The notes: generated by a model from the sequence alone, not told the origin. 32,000 nt of DNA from Candidatus Saccharimonadota bacterium (GCA_027925325.1 AP027133.1:180001-212000), one strand, 5' to 3'. Counted from the first letter of the stretch, positions 12,954 through 23,982 are shown. Program-made: numbers and translations.

Positions 12954-14249
12954 ATGATAGATAGATATAGTACAAAAGAGATGAATATGATCTGAAATGA
13001 AGATCATAAATTTAAGATTTTTTTAGAAATTGAACTTAAAGTATTGGAAGTCTTTTCTGATTTAAAGATTATTCCTCGTGCTGATTTTTTAAAAATTAAG
13101 GATAATATCACCTTTGAAGTTAAAAAAATTAAAGAGATTGAACAGATAACAAAACATGATGTAATAGCTTTTATTAAAAATATTTCAGAAAATTTAGGTG
13201 AAGAAAAGAAATGAATTCATTATAGATTAACTTCAACCGATATCGTTGATACGGCAAATGGATTATTGTTAAAAGAAGCAAATGTTTTAATTAAAAAAGC
13301 CTTAAATGATTTTATTAAAGTTTTAAAGGAAAATGCCTTAAAATATAAAAATACATTAATTATTGGCAGAACACATGGGATTCATGCCGAACCAACTTCA
13401 TTTGGTCTTAAATGACTGCTATGATACGATGAAATGTTAAGAAATAAAAAGCGTTTTTATCAAGCAGCAAAAGAAGTTGAGGTCGGTAAAATTTCAGGAG
13501 CGGTAGGTAATTTTGCTAACATTTCAAGCAAAGTTCAAGATCTTGTTTGCAAAGGCTTAAAATTAAATTCAGCCAAGATTTCAACACAGGTTTTACAACG
13601 TGATATTTATGCAAATTATTTGCATACAATCGCTCTTATTGGAACAACACTTGAAAAAATAGCGGTTGAAATTCGTACATTACAACGAACTGAAATTGGC
13701 GAAGTTGAAGAAAGGTTTTTGCAAACACAAAAAGGATCGTCTGCGATGCCACATAAAAGAAATCCGATTTCTTCTGAAAACATCACCGGACTTGCACGAA
13801 TTTTGCGAAGTTATGTTTATCCGGCTTATGAAAATATTATTTTATGAAATGAACGAGATATCTCACATTCATCGGTTGAGAGAATTATCTTTCCTGATGC
13901 AACAACACTTATTGAATATGCTTTAAAAAGATATGAAAAAATTCTTCAACAATTAATTGTAAATAAAGATGTAATGGAAAAAAATTTACAAAAAAGTAAA
14001 GGATTAATTTTCTCTCAGCAAATTCTTAATTTACTGATTGAAAAAGGAATCGAACGAAACTTAAGTTATGATCTTGTTCAAAAAGTCGCTTTAAAAGCTT
14101 TTATCGCCAAAAAAGATTTTAAAGAATTGCTATTAAAAGAAAAAGAAATAATTAAAATTATTTCTAAAAAAGAGATCAACGAAATTTTTTCATATCAAAG
14201 ATTTTTAAAAGCAGAAGATGATATTTATAAACGGGTTTTAAAAAATTAA
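12954..14249 (+). CDS. purB: adenylosuccinate lyase
   Basis: ATG at 12954 gives [14 protein letters not shown].... It is in the same frame as ORFs 13434..13847 and 13974..14249, joined by TGA codons. The fumarate-lyase signature [11 protein letters not shown] is present. Confidence 0.9.
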
Positions 14250-14273
14250 TATTAATAAAATAGGAGATAAATA

Positions 14274-15563
14274 ATGAATTTAAATTCACTTGCGATAATT
14301 GGAACACAATGGGGAGATGAAGGGAAAGGTAAAATTACAAATTTTTTAGCAAGAAAAGCTGATTTTGTTGTCCGTTATCAGGGCGGAAATAATGCGGGGC
14401 ATTCAATTATTGTAAATAATAAAAAATTTTCTTTACATTTACTTCCTTCTGGTATTTTTTATAAAAATGTTACTAATGTCTTAGCAAATGGCGTTGTCGT
14501 TGATTTATTTGGTTTAATTGATGAATTAGAAAAATTAAAGCAAAATAATTTTAATGATTTTAAACTTATAATTTCAGATCGTGCCCATGTTGTTTTTCCT
14601 TATCATAAAGAAATCGATGGATTATTAGAAAAAGCAAAGGCAAAGGATTCAATTGGAACGACAAAGCAAGGAATCGGTCCTGCCTATACCGATAAGGCTA
14701 GTCGAATTGGAATAAGAATAATTGATTTGTTTGATGATAAATATTTAAAGCAGAGATTACAAGAAAATATTATTCTTAAAAATGCCTTATTAAAAACTTT
14801 AAAAATTGATTACGAGATAAATTTTACTTCTTTATATGCAAAAATAATCGAAGCACGAGCAAAGATTAAAGATTATGTAAAAGACACTGCAAAAATTGTT
14901 TATGATGCTATAAATCTTAATAAAAGAGTTTTATTTGAAGGAGCACAAGGGGTTTTACTTTGTTTAGATCATGGAACTTATCCTTTTGTGACCTCTTCTT
15001 CTCCTACTGCTTCTTCTATTCCATTAAATGTTGGAATTCCTTGTAATTATATAAACGAAGTATTAGGGATTGTAAAGGCCTATACAACAAGAGTCGGAAA
15101 TGGTGTTTTCCTTACAGAAATTAATGATCAAATTGCAAGCAAAATACGGATAAAAGGGAATGAATTTGGGACAACAACAGGAAGAGCACGTAGAATCGGC
15201 TGGTTTGATGCAACGCTTATAAGATATGCAAAACGGATCAATGGAATTACAAAAATTTCAATTACGTTACTTGATGTTCTTTCAGGATTAGATCAAGTAA
15301 AAATTGCTATTAACTATCGACTTGATGGCAAAATAATCGATAGTATTCCTTTACTTGCAAAAAATCTTGCAAGAGTAGAGATTGAATATCTAACATTAAA
15401 AGGTTGAAAAGAAGATATTTCAAATGTTAAATCATTCGATCAACTTCCACTTAATGCTAAACAATATCTAAAAACGATCGAAAAATATAGCGAAATTAAA
15501 ATTGCTCAGTTTTCTGTTGGTCCTAAAGCTGAACAGACAATCGAAGTTTTAAAAATTTGATAA
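14274..15563 (+). CDS. purA: adenylosuccinate synthetase
   Basis: Motifs QWGDEGKGK, GGNNAGH, GIGPAY and TTGRARR are present. The ORF continues past TGA at 15405 and ends ...KIW then TAA at 15561-15563. Confidence 0.93.
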
Positions 15564-15594
15564 ATTAAGCAAAAGTTTTAGCAATTAAAATAGT

Positions 15595-15600
15595 TATAAT
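15595..15600 (+). promoter_or_regulatory. candidate -10 box (TATAAT) for nfo, with spacing typical of a leaderless mRNA
   Basis: TATAAT ends 6 nt before the nfo ATG at 15607. No Shine-Dalgarno sequence lies in between. Confidence 0.3.
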
Positions 15601-15606
15601 AACATT

Positions 15607-16470
15607 ATGAATACAGAACAAAAACCATTAATTGGAGCACATGTCTCATTTAAAAAAGAAGATCAATTATTGGGTTCAATTCGAGATTTTTTAGCAATCG
15701 ATGCCACTTCTGGTGCTTTTTATATTTCTAATTCTCGTGCTTATAAAAAGACAATGATATTAGATCAAAAAAAATTACAAGAAGCAAAAGAATTAGCAAC
15801 TAAAAATAAATTTAATCTTAAAAATATTATCGTTCATGCCCCTTTAGTTGGCAATCTTGCAAATATCGAACAAGATCAAAAAACATATATTTTAACAAGA
15901 GAATCATATTTAGATGACTTAAAGTTAATGGAAAAAATTGGCCTTTCTTTATTTAATTTCCATCCTGGTTCCGCAAAAGATAAAAAATTAGGAATCAAAA
16001 AATGTGCAGAGGGAATTAATTATTTAATCGAGCATACAAAAAATGATCACACGATTGTTTGCATTGAAACAATGATGAAAAAGGGTAATTATATCGGAAG
16101 TAATTTTTCGGAGATTAAAGAAATAATTAATCTTGTAATTAATAAAAAAAGAGTCGGTGTTATTATCGATACATGTCATATTTGAGATGCTGGTTATGAT
16201 TTAAATGATTTTGATAATGTTTTAAAACAATTTGAAATGATAATCGGTCTTAAATATTTAAAGGGATTACATATAAATGATTCTAAAAATCCATTGGGTT
16301 CAAATAAAGATCGTCATGCTAATATCGGTAAGGGTTATATAGGATTAAAAAATCTTAAAAATATCATTTTTCATCCTAAAATAATTAATTTACCAAAAGC
16401 ATTAGAGACTCCATATGGAAAAGACGATTTTAAAAGATGAAAAGAAGAAATTTCACTTTTATTAAATTAA
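15607..16470 (+). CDS. nfo: deoxyribonuclease IV (endonuclease IV)
   Basis: ORFs 15607..16185 and 16237..16440 share a frame and join through TGA codons. Metal-ligand motifs are present: IGAHVS, VHAPL, FHPGS, DTCHIWDAGY and HINDS. Confidence 0.9.
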
Positions 16471-16505
16471 TTAATTTAATAAAATATTTATAAGAAAGAG
16501 AAATA

Positions 16506-17525
16506 ATGAATTTAGAAGATAATAAATTAAATTTTAATAAAGAAAAAGAAATTTATAATGAAGAATTACTGTTCCGTACGGTAGAAAAATATTTTGGCGC
16601 AGATAAATTATATTCATATAATTTAAGTTTTTTGGTAGGAAACGATTTTTTTAAACTGGTAGAAGGATATGATTATGAAGATTTTTATCAAAAATTAAAA
16701 AAAACAAAATCTTATCGTCGAAAAAAAACAACAATTAAAAATTTAGATAAATTATCAAAAAAAATCGGTGCAGAATTTGATATTAATTTTACAGAAGGAT
16801 TATTACAATTAAATAAAAAGAAAAAATATTTTGATTTCACAGATAAATCTCAGTTAATAAAAGAGCTTTATTATCCTTTTTTAAAGATTGTAAATAATTA
16901 TTTGGATAATAGTTTTCAAAGTGAAGTTAATATATTAACAATTGATTTTAGTAATTTTTTTGAGAATTTATTTACACCGAGCCGTTTTGAATTAAAAAAA
17001 TATAATTTTAATCAAGTGAATGAAGAAGAAGCAAATAAGAAAATAAATTTATATAAGATCTTTGGTGATATTGAAAATCCAAAAGAGATAAAATTACCAA
17101 AAGAATTTAAGAAAAATTATCTTCCCTTTTTTGCTTTTGATCAGTTGCGGATTTTTACAAATAAAATTAATCAGAAAAACTCAGTTCTTGTTGTCTTTGG
17201 TTATGATTTTTCCGATCAATATTTAAATAATTTAATTTTAAATTTAAAAAATAATCAAGCGATTAAAGTTTTGCTTTTGGTTGATAATAAAGATAAAAAT
17301 AAAGAGATAATTTATCAATTTTTACAATATCAAAAGATCTTTTTAATTAAATTCATCGATTATCAAGATAAGGATTATCTAATTAATTTAGAGAATATTT
17401 TATATTCAAAAATAGAATTGATGTTTAAAGCTTTAACAGATTTAAATCAAAAAAAAGATCAAGAGAAAATTAAGGGGAAGAAAAAAAATCTAACAAGAAA
17501 GGGAAAAAATAAAAAAAATGAATAA
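16506..17525 (+). CDS. SIR2-like (SIR2_2 / DHS-like fold) protein with substituted catalytic signature and a Lys-rich C-terminal tail
   Basis: Four segments occur in the order and spacing of SIR2_2 motifs. FLVGNDF (aa 42-48) corresponds to fhGAGxS. ILTIDFSNFFE (aa 143-153) corresponds to iiTTNYDnllE. LYKIFGDIENPKEIKLPKEF (aa 182-201) corresponds to KlHGs...p.ivlT..dY. VLVVFGYDFSD (aa 227-237) corresponds to lvflGYSl.D. The ORF is intact and its stop overlaps the next gene's ATG. The assignment was made by eye only. Confidence 0.45.
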   Translation: MNLEDNKLNFNKEKEIYNEELLFRTVEKYFGADKLYSYNLSFLVGNDFFKLVEGYDYEDFYQKLKKTKSYRRKKTTIKNLDKLSKKIGAEFDINFTEGLLQLNKKKKYFDFTDKSQLIKELYYPFLKIVNNYLDNSFQSEVNILTIDFSNFFENLFTPSRFELKKYNFNQVNEEEANKKINLYKIFGDIENPKEIKLPKEFKKNYLPFFAFDQLRIFTNKINQKNSVLVVFGYDFSDQYLNNLILNLKNNQAIKVLLLVDNKDKNKEIIYQFLQYQKIFLIKFIDYQDKDYLINLENILYSKIELMFKALTDLNQKKDQEKIKGKKKNLTRKGKNKKNE

Positions 17526-19431
17526 TTTTGATAATTATATTTTTGGCGTAATTGATTTTGCAAAAGGAAATGAAATTGTTGTAAAAAGCAATAAAGAAAA
17601 AATTTTACAGCGAAATTATATAATCGGTCTTGATCAACTTTTTCTTGCTCCTCGAATTGATCGATTCATCAAATTTTTATTCAATAATCAAATTTTTATT
17701 TATAAAATATTTCAAATTGAAGAAAACGAAAAAAATATCTTTTATCGTTGTTACTATGTTGGTAGATTAATAAATAATAAAGTTATTGAAAATGAAACTT
17801 TTATTGCAAAATTAAATGAAAAGGTTTCACTTATTTCAATTAAAGAATTAAAGCAATTTGATCAAAATTTTGCAAATGATCGATTAAGGATATTAAATAT
17901 CGCAAAAACCTTAGATACAGAAAATGAAATAGATTTAAATTTAAATTTCTTTTCATCTAATAATATTTTATTAGGAAAAAAAGGGAGTGGGAAAAGTAAT
18001 ACGATTAAGAATTTATATCTAGCTTTTTTTAATCAATACTTAAAAAGTTTTAATCAAAAATTTCATAAATTTATTTTCTTTGATTTAAAAAATCAATATC
18101 ATGCTTTTTTTGAAAATAATTTGAATTCTTCATTATTGCCACAATTAATTAAGGTTGATCTAAAAGAGCGTTTAGAACAAAGTGATGTTGCTTTTTTTAA
18201 TTTTAAAAAATTAAGCAAAAAAGAACTTGCCTTTATTTTTAATCTTTCAACAGAGGAAGAAAAAAAATTGCTTTATAATTTTTTAATTTGAATCGAAAAT
18301 TTAAAGCAAATTTCATTTATAAAAATTATCAATGAGGCAATTTTAATTGATCGTAGTTTTGAGATTGTTAAGGTCTTTTTATTAAAACTTTTAAAAATTT
18401 CAACAAAAGAACAAAATCTTAAATTTAATCATTATTTTATTATTTTGCAAGAAATTTTAAATAAATTATCTTTAGATAATAATTTATTTATCTTAAATGA
18501 TGCCTATGATCAATATTCTAATTTTATCGCTAAGGAAAAAAATAAAAATATAAATTACAAGAAAAAGGGTAATAATTTATATTTTGAAAAAGATCATTTT
18601 AATCTCTTTTTAGATTTAATTAAAGGAAAATATTTGAATTTAGAAAATGATAAGAATTTATTAGAACGATTTAATAATTTCATAAATTATGACTTTAATT
18701 CTTTATTAATTTTATTTCAATTGCAAACAATTATTGATAATGACAAATTAGATAATTTTATTCTTAATGAATTTATCGATAAATTAACATTAAAAAAAGA
18801 TAATGATAATTATTTAATTATCAAACATTTTGCTTTAAATTTAAAAGGGTATGAAAAACAAAATGACATTTTATCATCATTTGAAAAAAACAATTTAATT
18901 ATTTTAACATTTGATTATCTTTCAATAAAGGTAAAAAAGAGATTAATTTATCTTTTACTAAAATTATTAACGATTGAAAATTGCTTAGATTTACCAGAAG
19001 AAAAAAGATATTTAAATATTATTCTCGATGATTTTGATCACTTTTTTGAATTGTCACTTATTACAAAAAATCTTGATTTAATTTTATTTGAAAAATTGAT
19101 TTTACAAAAAGCAATTTATAAAACTTTTTTTACGATTGCTGTCGAAAATGTAAATTTATTACGCGAAAAAATCTTTGCTGATTTTGATAATTTCTTAATT
19201 CATCAAATTTTAGATCGGGAAGAATTAGAATTAACAACACATTATTTAAAAAATGTAAATGAACATCAATTAATGCAAACTTTTAAATTTAAAAATACGG
19301 AAGCAATTTTTTATGGAAAATCATTTAAAAGATTATATCCGGTTGAACTTCTAGATTTTTCTGAGAAAAAAGTAATCAATAATGAATCATCTAAGGTTAT
19401 TTTTGATATTTTAAATCAAAAAAGTCAGTAA
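17518..19431 (+). CDS. HerA/FtsK-like P-loop ATPase (637 aa)
   Basis: ORFs 17518..18291 and 18445..19431 share a frame and join through one TGA at 18289. The N-terminus is HAS-barrel-like (YIFGVIDFAKGNEIVVKS). Walker A is LLGKKGSGKSNTIKNL (17974-17997). The Walker B-like segment is YLNIILDDFDHFF (from 19021). The C-terminal pattern FTIAVENVN...NFLIHQILDREE...TEAIFYGKSF..YPVELLDF follows the HerA layout. Confidence 0.65.
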
Positions 19432-19463
19432 AATTATTTTTGTTGTATAATAAAATTAGATTA

Positions 19464-19501
19464 GAAAATGTCACTTTTTTAAAGTGTCATTTTCTTTTTT
19501 T
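19464..19501 (+). terminator. intrinsic terminator after the HerA-like gene
   Basis: GAAAATGTCACT (19464-19475) pairs with AGTGTCATTTTC (19483-19494). This gives a 12-bp stem with one T:T mismatch and a 7-nt loop, followed by a T7 run. Confidence 0.6.
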
Positions 19502-19528
19502 AATCGAAGTCAAAGTTTTTATATTACG

Positions 19529-21220
19529 ATGAAAAAAAGCAGTATTTATATTTTATTTTTATCTTTATTTTTTCTATTTCTTGTTCCGTTTGTTATTTTA
19601 TTTTCAATAGATAATAAGCAAAATAAATTAACTGCTGAAGTTAATGCTAATTTTATTGACCAACATATTGAAAAAAGTTATCAATTTGATGAAGGTGATG
19701 CAGCTGCTGTTACTAGAGATCAAGATGGCTATGATCATCTTTATATGTGGGGAGATAATAGTCACTATCAATTAGGTTTAAATTATCAAACCGCTTATTT
19801 TCCTGATTCAAGCGATTTAAATCTTACAGCAAAAAATTATTATTATTATCCGCAGGAGGTAGCAATTACAAAAGATAACAAAGGGATGATTGATGATTTA
19901 AAATCAACAAAATTTAATACAATTGTCTCTTTTATTGATCAAGATGGTAATTATCATCTTTATATATATGGATCAAATGTAAATGGACTATTAACAAAAG
20001 ATCAATTATATTTAAATTCATCAGATCCAATTATTATTGATATTCCAACTAATTTAAAAATTGAAGATCTTGCGCTTACCGATGATAATGTTTATCTTTT
20101 ATTAAAAGAAAAAAGTGGAAAGAAGCAATATCTTTATAGTTGGGGATTAAATATTAATGGTCAATTGGGATTAGGATTTAATGATAATTTTATTCATAAA
20201 ACTCCTAATGTATCAAAATATATAAATGGTTTAAGTACAGATGATTATGAAATAGAACAAATCTATGCCCAAAATGATGCCTTATATTTAGTTACGAAAA
20301 ATAAAAATGAAGATGATGATTTTGAAACAATTTATACTTTAGGATCAAATCACGATGAACAATTAGCGATTACTGGGTTAGATTATGATGATAATATTTT
20401 AATTCCAACTGAAATTCCTTATTTTGAAGAAATTAAAGCTAATAATATCTATCTTGATGGCAATAATCATTATGGAATTTATGCGCAATATCAATTATTA
20501 AATCAGACCTATTTGGTTAGTTGAGGTAATAATAGAAATAATCAATTGGTTAACATTAATCAAAATATAATCAATCAACCAACAGGCGTCTTTGCTGATC
20601 AAATTGGTGATAGTGGTGAACCTATTTATGATCCGCAAGAAAAAGATTTATTATTTTCTAATTATGGTTATGAACAATCTTTTTTAATTTATCAATATCA
20701 AGATCAATATCAACTTTATGGTTGAGGATTAAATAATCACTATAGTTTAGGAATATCTGATAATCAGATTCATAATACTGAACCTATTGCTATCAAGAGT
20801 ATCAATAATCAAAATTATCAAGTAAAAGGATTATCAACCGGTAGTCATAGCAGTAGTCTTATAATAGAAGATCAAGATAACAATCAAAGTTTATACACAT
20901 GAGGATATAATCAAACCGGACAATTAGGAAATGGAGAAGAAGCATCATTTACTGCAGAACAAAATACCACTTTTTATCTTTCTTTACAAACTTACATTGT
21001 AAAAGAAAGTAGTAATAATTATTATAAATTGCCTCTTGCTATTTTTATTGTAATAGTAATTTTATTATTATTAGTTCTTATCACTTTATATATCAGCGTT
21101 AAGAGATATAAAGTCCTTGAGGCTAAAAAAAAGCAAACAGGACAACAACAAAATGAAGTTTTGAATCAAGAATTAACAGCAGAATTAACAACACAAAATT
21201 TAGATTTGAATGTAGATTAA
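19529..21220 (+). CDS. membrane-anchored RCC1-like 7-blade beta-propeller protein
   Basis: ATG at 19529 gives MKKSSIYILFLSLFFLFLVPFVILFS, a signal peptide or signal anchor. There are seven [LY]Y.WG.N..GQLG-type blades: HLYMWGDNSHYQLG, HLYIYGSNVNGLL, YLYSWGLNINGQLGLG, IYTLGSNHDEQLA, LVSWGNNRNNQLV, LYGWGLNNHYSLG and LYTWGYNQTGQLGNG. Three blade Trp residues are TGA-encoded. A C-terminal TM segment LPLAIFIVIVILLLLVLITLYI is followed by a short charged tail. Confidence 0.75.
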
Positions 21221-22320
21221 TTTTTAAAACTTATATTTTCATTTTTAGCTTTAATTAAATCGATTTTTTGTTTATCTTTTGCTTCAAATAAAAGATAAAT
21301 TTTTCCTTTTAAGTCGTTAACACGATTTGTTCTTCCGATTCGATGTTTAAAATAATTTAAATCAATCGGTAAATCATAATTTATGATGTGACTAACATGA
21401 TTAAAATCAATTCCTCTTGCATATAAATCAGTTGTAATGAGATAAATAATTTTTTCGTTTTTTGCTTCATTAAAAACTTGTTTTCTTTTTCTTGGATTTA
21501 AATCAGAATTAAAATATCTAATATCTTTAAAATTATTTTTATTTAAGAAATTATAGATTTTTTTAACTTCTTCATTTTTATTAGCAAAAATGATCACAAA
21601 ATAAGGATTTATTTCATTACTTTCTAACAATTCTTTTAATACTTGTAATTTATCGTTCTCGATAACTTTAATTAATTTGATATCAACTTTTTTTGTTAAT
21701 TTATTATCTAAATCAATTAATTTAGGATTAATTTTAAATGTTTTTTTAATTTTATTTTGTAAATCACCAGAAAGTGTAGCTGAAAAAAAGGCGTAGGTAA
21801 TTTTGTTTTTTAATCTTAAATTTTTAACAAATTTTGCAATTAAATCTAATTGTTTAAAATGATAAATCATATCGATTTCATCTACTATTAAATATTTTAA
21901 TTCTCTATAGTCAATTGGTGATTTATTTTGCAAAGCAAAAATTTTTTCAATCGTTGTAACAATTATTTTGCTTTTTTTGTGATATTTCCTTTTTTCTCAT
22001 TCATAATCAAGATTTTTGGTAATTGCAAAAAAATCAAAATTAAAATATTTATTTAGCTTTTGTAATTGATTTTTTAATTGTTGTACAAGTTCATTGGTTG
22101 GAACGATAATAATTGCTTCAACATTATTTTTACTTTTATCTAAATTATTGATAATCGGTAGAAGATACGCTAATGTTTTTCCTGTTCCGGTCGGTGATTG
22201 ACAAAAAAGATCATCATTTTTTAGCAAAATCGGAAATACTTCTTTTTGTACTTGTAACAAATCAGTAAATTTTTCTGCCTTTAAATAATTATTTAAATTT
22301 TCTTTCAATTCTAGTTTCAT
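21217..22320 (-). CDS. DEAD-box ATP-dependent RNA helicase
   Basis: Minus-strand ORFs 21997..22320 and 21217..21933 share a frame and join through one TGA (21997-21999 on +). Motifs SPTGTGKT (I), IVDEID (II variant), SAT (III), TDLYARGID (V) and HRIGRTNR (VI) are present. Confidence 0.88.
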
Positions 22321-22357
22321 TTATAATTATTTCCTTTTAATTTATTATATATTTAAT

Positions 22358-22903
22358 ATGAAAATTAATTTTGGAAAATATCGTAATACTAATTTAGTTG
22401 TCGGCAAAAATGAAAAAATGCGGCCAACAACAGCAATCGCAAAAAAAATAATTTTTAATACTTTAAAAATTAGGGAAGATGATTTAGTGATTGATCTTTT
22501 TGCAGGAACAGGAGCATTGGGATTTGAAGCTTGATCATTAGGTGCTAAAAAAATTATTTGAATCGATAATAACTTAAAATCTTATCAAGCAATTAAAAAA
22601 AATATTTCGGATCTAAAATTAAGTAAAAATGACTATCAGGTTTTTCATACTGATTTTCGAAGAGCTCTTAAAAAAATTCCTTTTGCTGCAACAATCATCT
22701 TTCTTGATCCACCTTTTATTTCTGAAAAATATTATGATCTTAGTTTAAAAATAATTAATGAACATAATCTTTTATCAGATCAAGGAGTAATTATTTTAGA
22801 AAAACCATCGACTTACAATCTTAATAATCTTAAATTGTATAATATATTTATCAATAAAAAAGTAGGAGTTAACCAAGAAATATTTTTTCTAAGAAAAAAA
22901 TAA
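22358..22903 (+). CDS. rsmD: 16S rRNA (guanine966-N2)-methyltransferase
   Basis: This gene is absent from the ORF track because of two internal TGA codons. Motifs MRPTTAIAKKIIFN, DLFAGTGALGFEAWSLGA and FLDPPF are present. It is followed by coaD, the usual rsmD-coaD pairing. Confidence 0.8.
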
Positions 22904-22909
22904 TAAAAT

Positions 22910-23416
22910 ATGGAAAAAACAAACAACGAGATAAAAAAAGAGGAAATAGCGATCTTTCCTGCTTCTTTTAATCCCATTCATATCGGTCATATCGAATTAA
23001 TCAAAATGTCAGCGACAATTTATAAAACTTTATATGTTTTTGTTGCTGATAACGAAAGTAAAAATTATCAAGTAAAATTAGAAGATCGTTTTAAAATCGT
23101 AAATAAAGCTATCTCTTTTTTAAATATGAGTAATATAATTGTTATTAAACAAAATAATTTGCAAACAACGGGGTCTTTTACAAAGGATAAAAAGATTGAT
23201 GTCGTAATAAGAGGAAATCGAGAGATTAAATTATCTTCTTATGAATCAATTCTTGCTGATAAATATTTAGAAGATAATGAGAATTTAAAATTCCATTTTT
23301 TTAGTTTTGAAGATGAACAGACTTCCTCTACTAAAATTAGAGAATTAATTGCAAATGATCAATCAATAAGCGGACTTGTTCCTAAAATTGTTGAAAAAGA
23401 TATAATAAAACTATGA
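22910..23416 (+). CDS. coaD: phosphopantetheine adenylyltransferase
   Basis: FPASFNPIHIGHIELI (nucleotidyltransferase HxGH motif) and SSTKIRE (ISSTxxR motif) are present. Confidence 0.88.
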   Translation: MEKTNNEIKKEEIAIFPASFNPIHIGHIELIKMSATIYKTLYVFVADNESKNYQVKLEDRFKIVNKAISFLNMSNIIVIKQNNLQTTGSFTKDKKIDVVIRGNREIKLSSYESILADKYLEDNENLKFHFFSFEDEQTSSTKIRELIANDQSISGLVPKIVEKDIIKL

Positions 23417-23979
23417 AAAAACGCGGAAAGATAATTATTTTTGCAGGTCCTAGCGGTGTCGGAAAGGAAACCGTTAAGAAATTATTTATAAATGATCCTC
23501 GATTTAAACTTAAATATTCAATATCTGCAACTTCAAGAGAAAAAAGAATCGGAGAAAAGAACGGCGATAATTATCACTTTCTAACAAGAAGTAAATTTGA
23601 GAATTGAATCAAAAAAGATCGATTTTTAGAATGAGTTACTTTTGCTAATAATTATTATGGTACTCCTTATAAATTTTTAGAGAATCATTTAAGAAAAGGG
23701 CAAAATGTTTTATTAGAAATAGATTTGGTCGGTGTAAAAAAAGTAATCAAAAAATATCCAGATGCTGTTACAATTTTTTTATTGCCACCGACAATTGCTG
23801 ATTTAGAAAAAAGATTACTTGCAAGAAAAACAGAGAATATTACAGAAATCAAAAAAAGAATTGATATTGCGCGAGCAGAAATAAAAGAGAAAGATTTATT
23901 TAAATATCAAGTTATAAATAAAACACCAGAAAATTCTGCGCAGAAAATAATTGAAATTTTAAAAAAGGAACTTTTGTAA
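23413..23979 (+). CDS. gmk: guanylate kinase
   Basis: ORFs 23413..23607 and 23725..23979 share a frame and join through two TGA codons. The P-loop GPSGVGK and TSREKRIGEKNGDNYHF are present. Confidence 0.9.
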
Positions 23980-23982
23980 ATA

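Noticed and set aside
13666-13926. A + strand alternative-frame ORF (86 aa) inside purB.
   Set aside because: It overlaps the purB frame, which carries the [11 protein letters not shown] lyase signature. Its own translation has no recognisable features.
16506-17525. Calling the 339-aa partner of the HerA-like ATPase a NurA nuclease, by analogy with HerA-NurA operons.
   Set aside because: I could not find the NurA-type N-terminal DGS catalytic motif. The ordered motif pattern fits SIR2_2 better. NurA is kept only as an alternative to test by profile search.
19484-19528. The GTG start at 19484 proposed by the ORF track for the first propeller gene.
   Set aside because: It lies inside the 3' arm of the terminator hairpin (19483-19494). 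The downstream ATG at 19529 begins a textbook signal sequence, MKKSSIYILFL....
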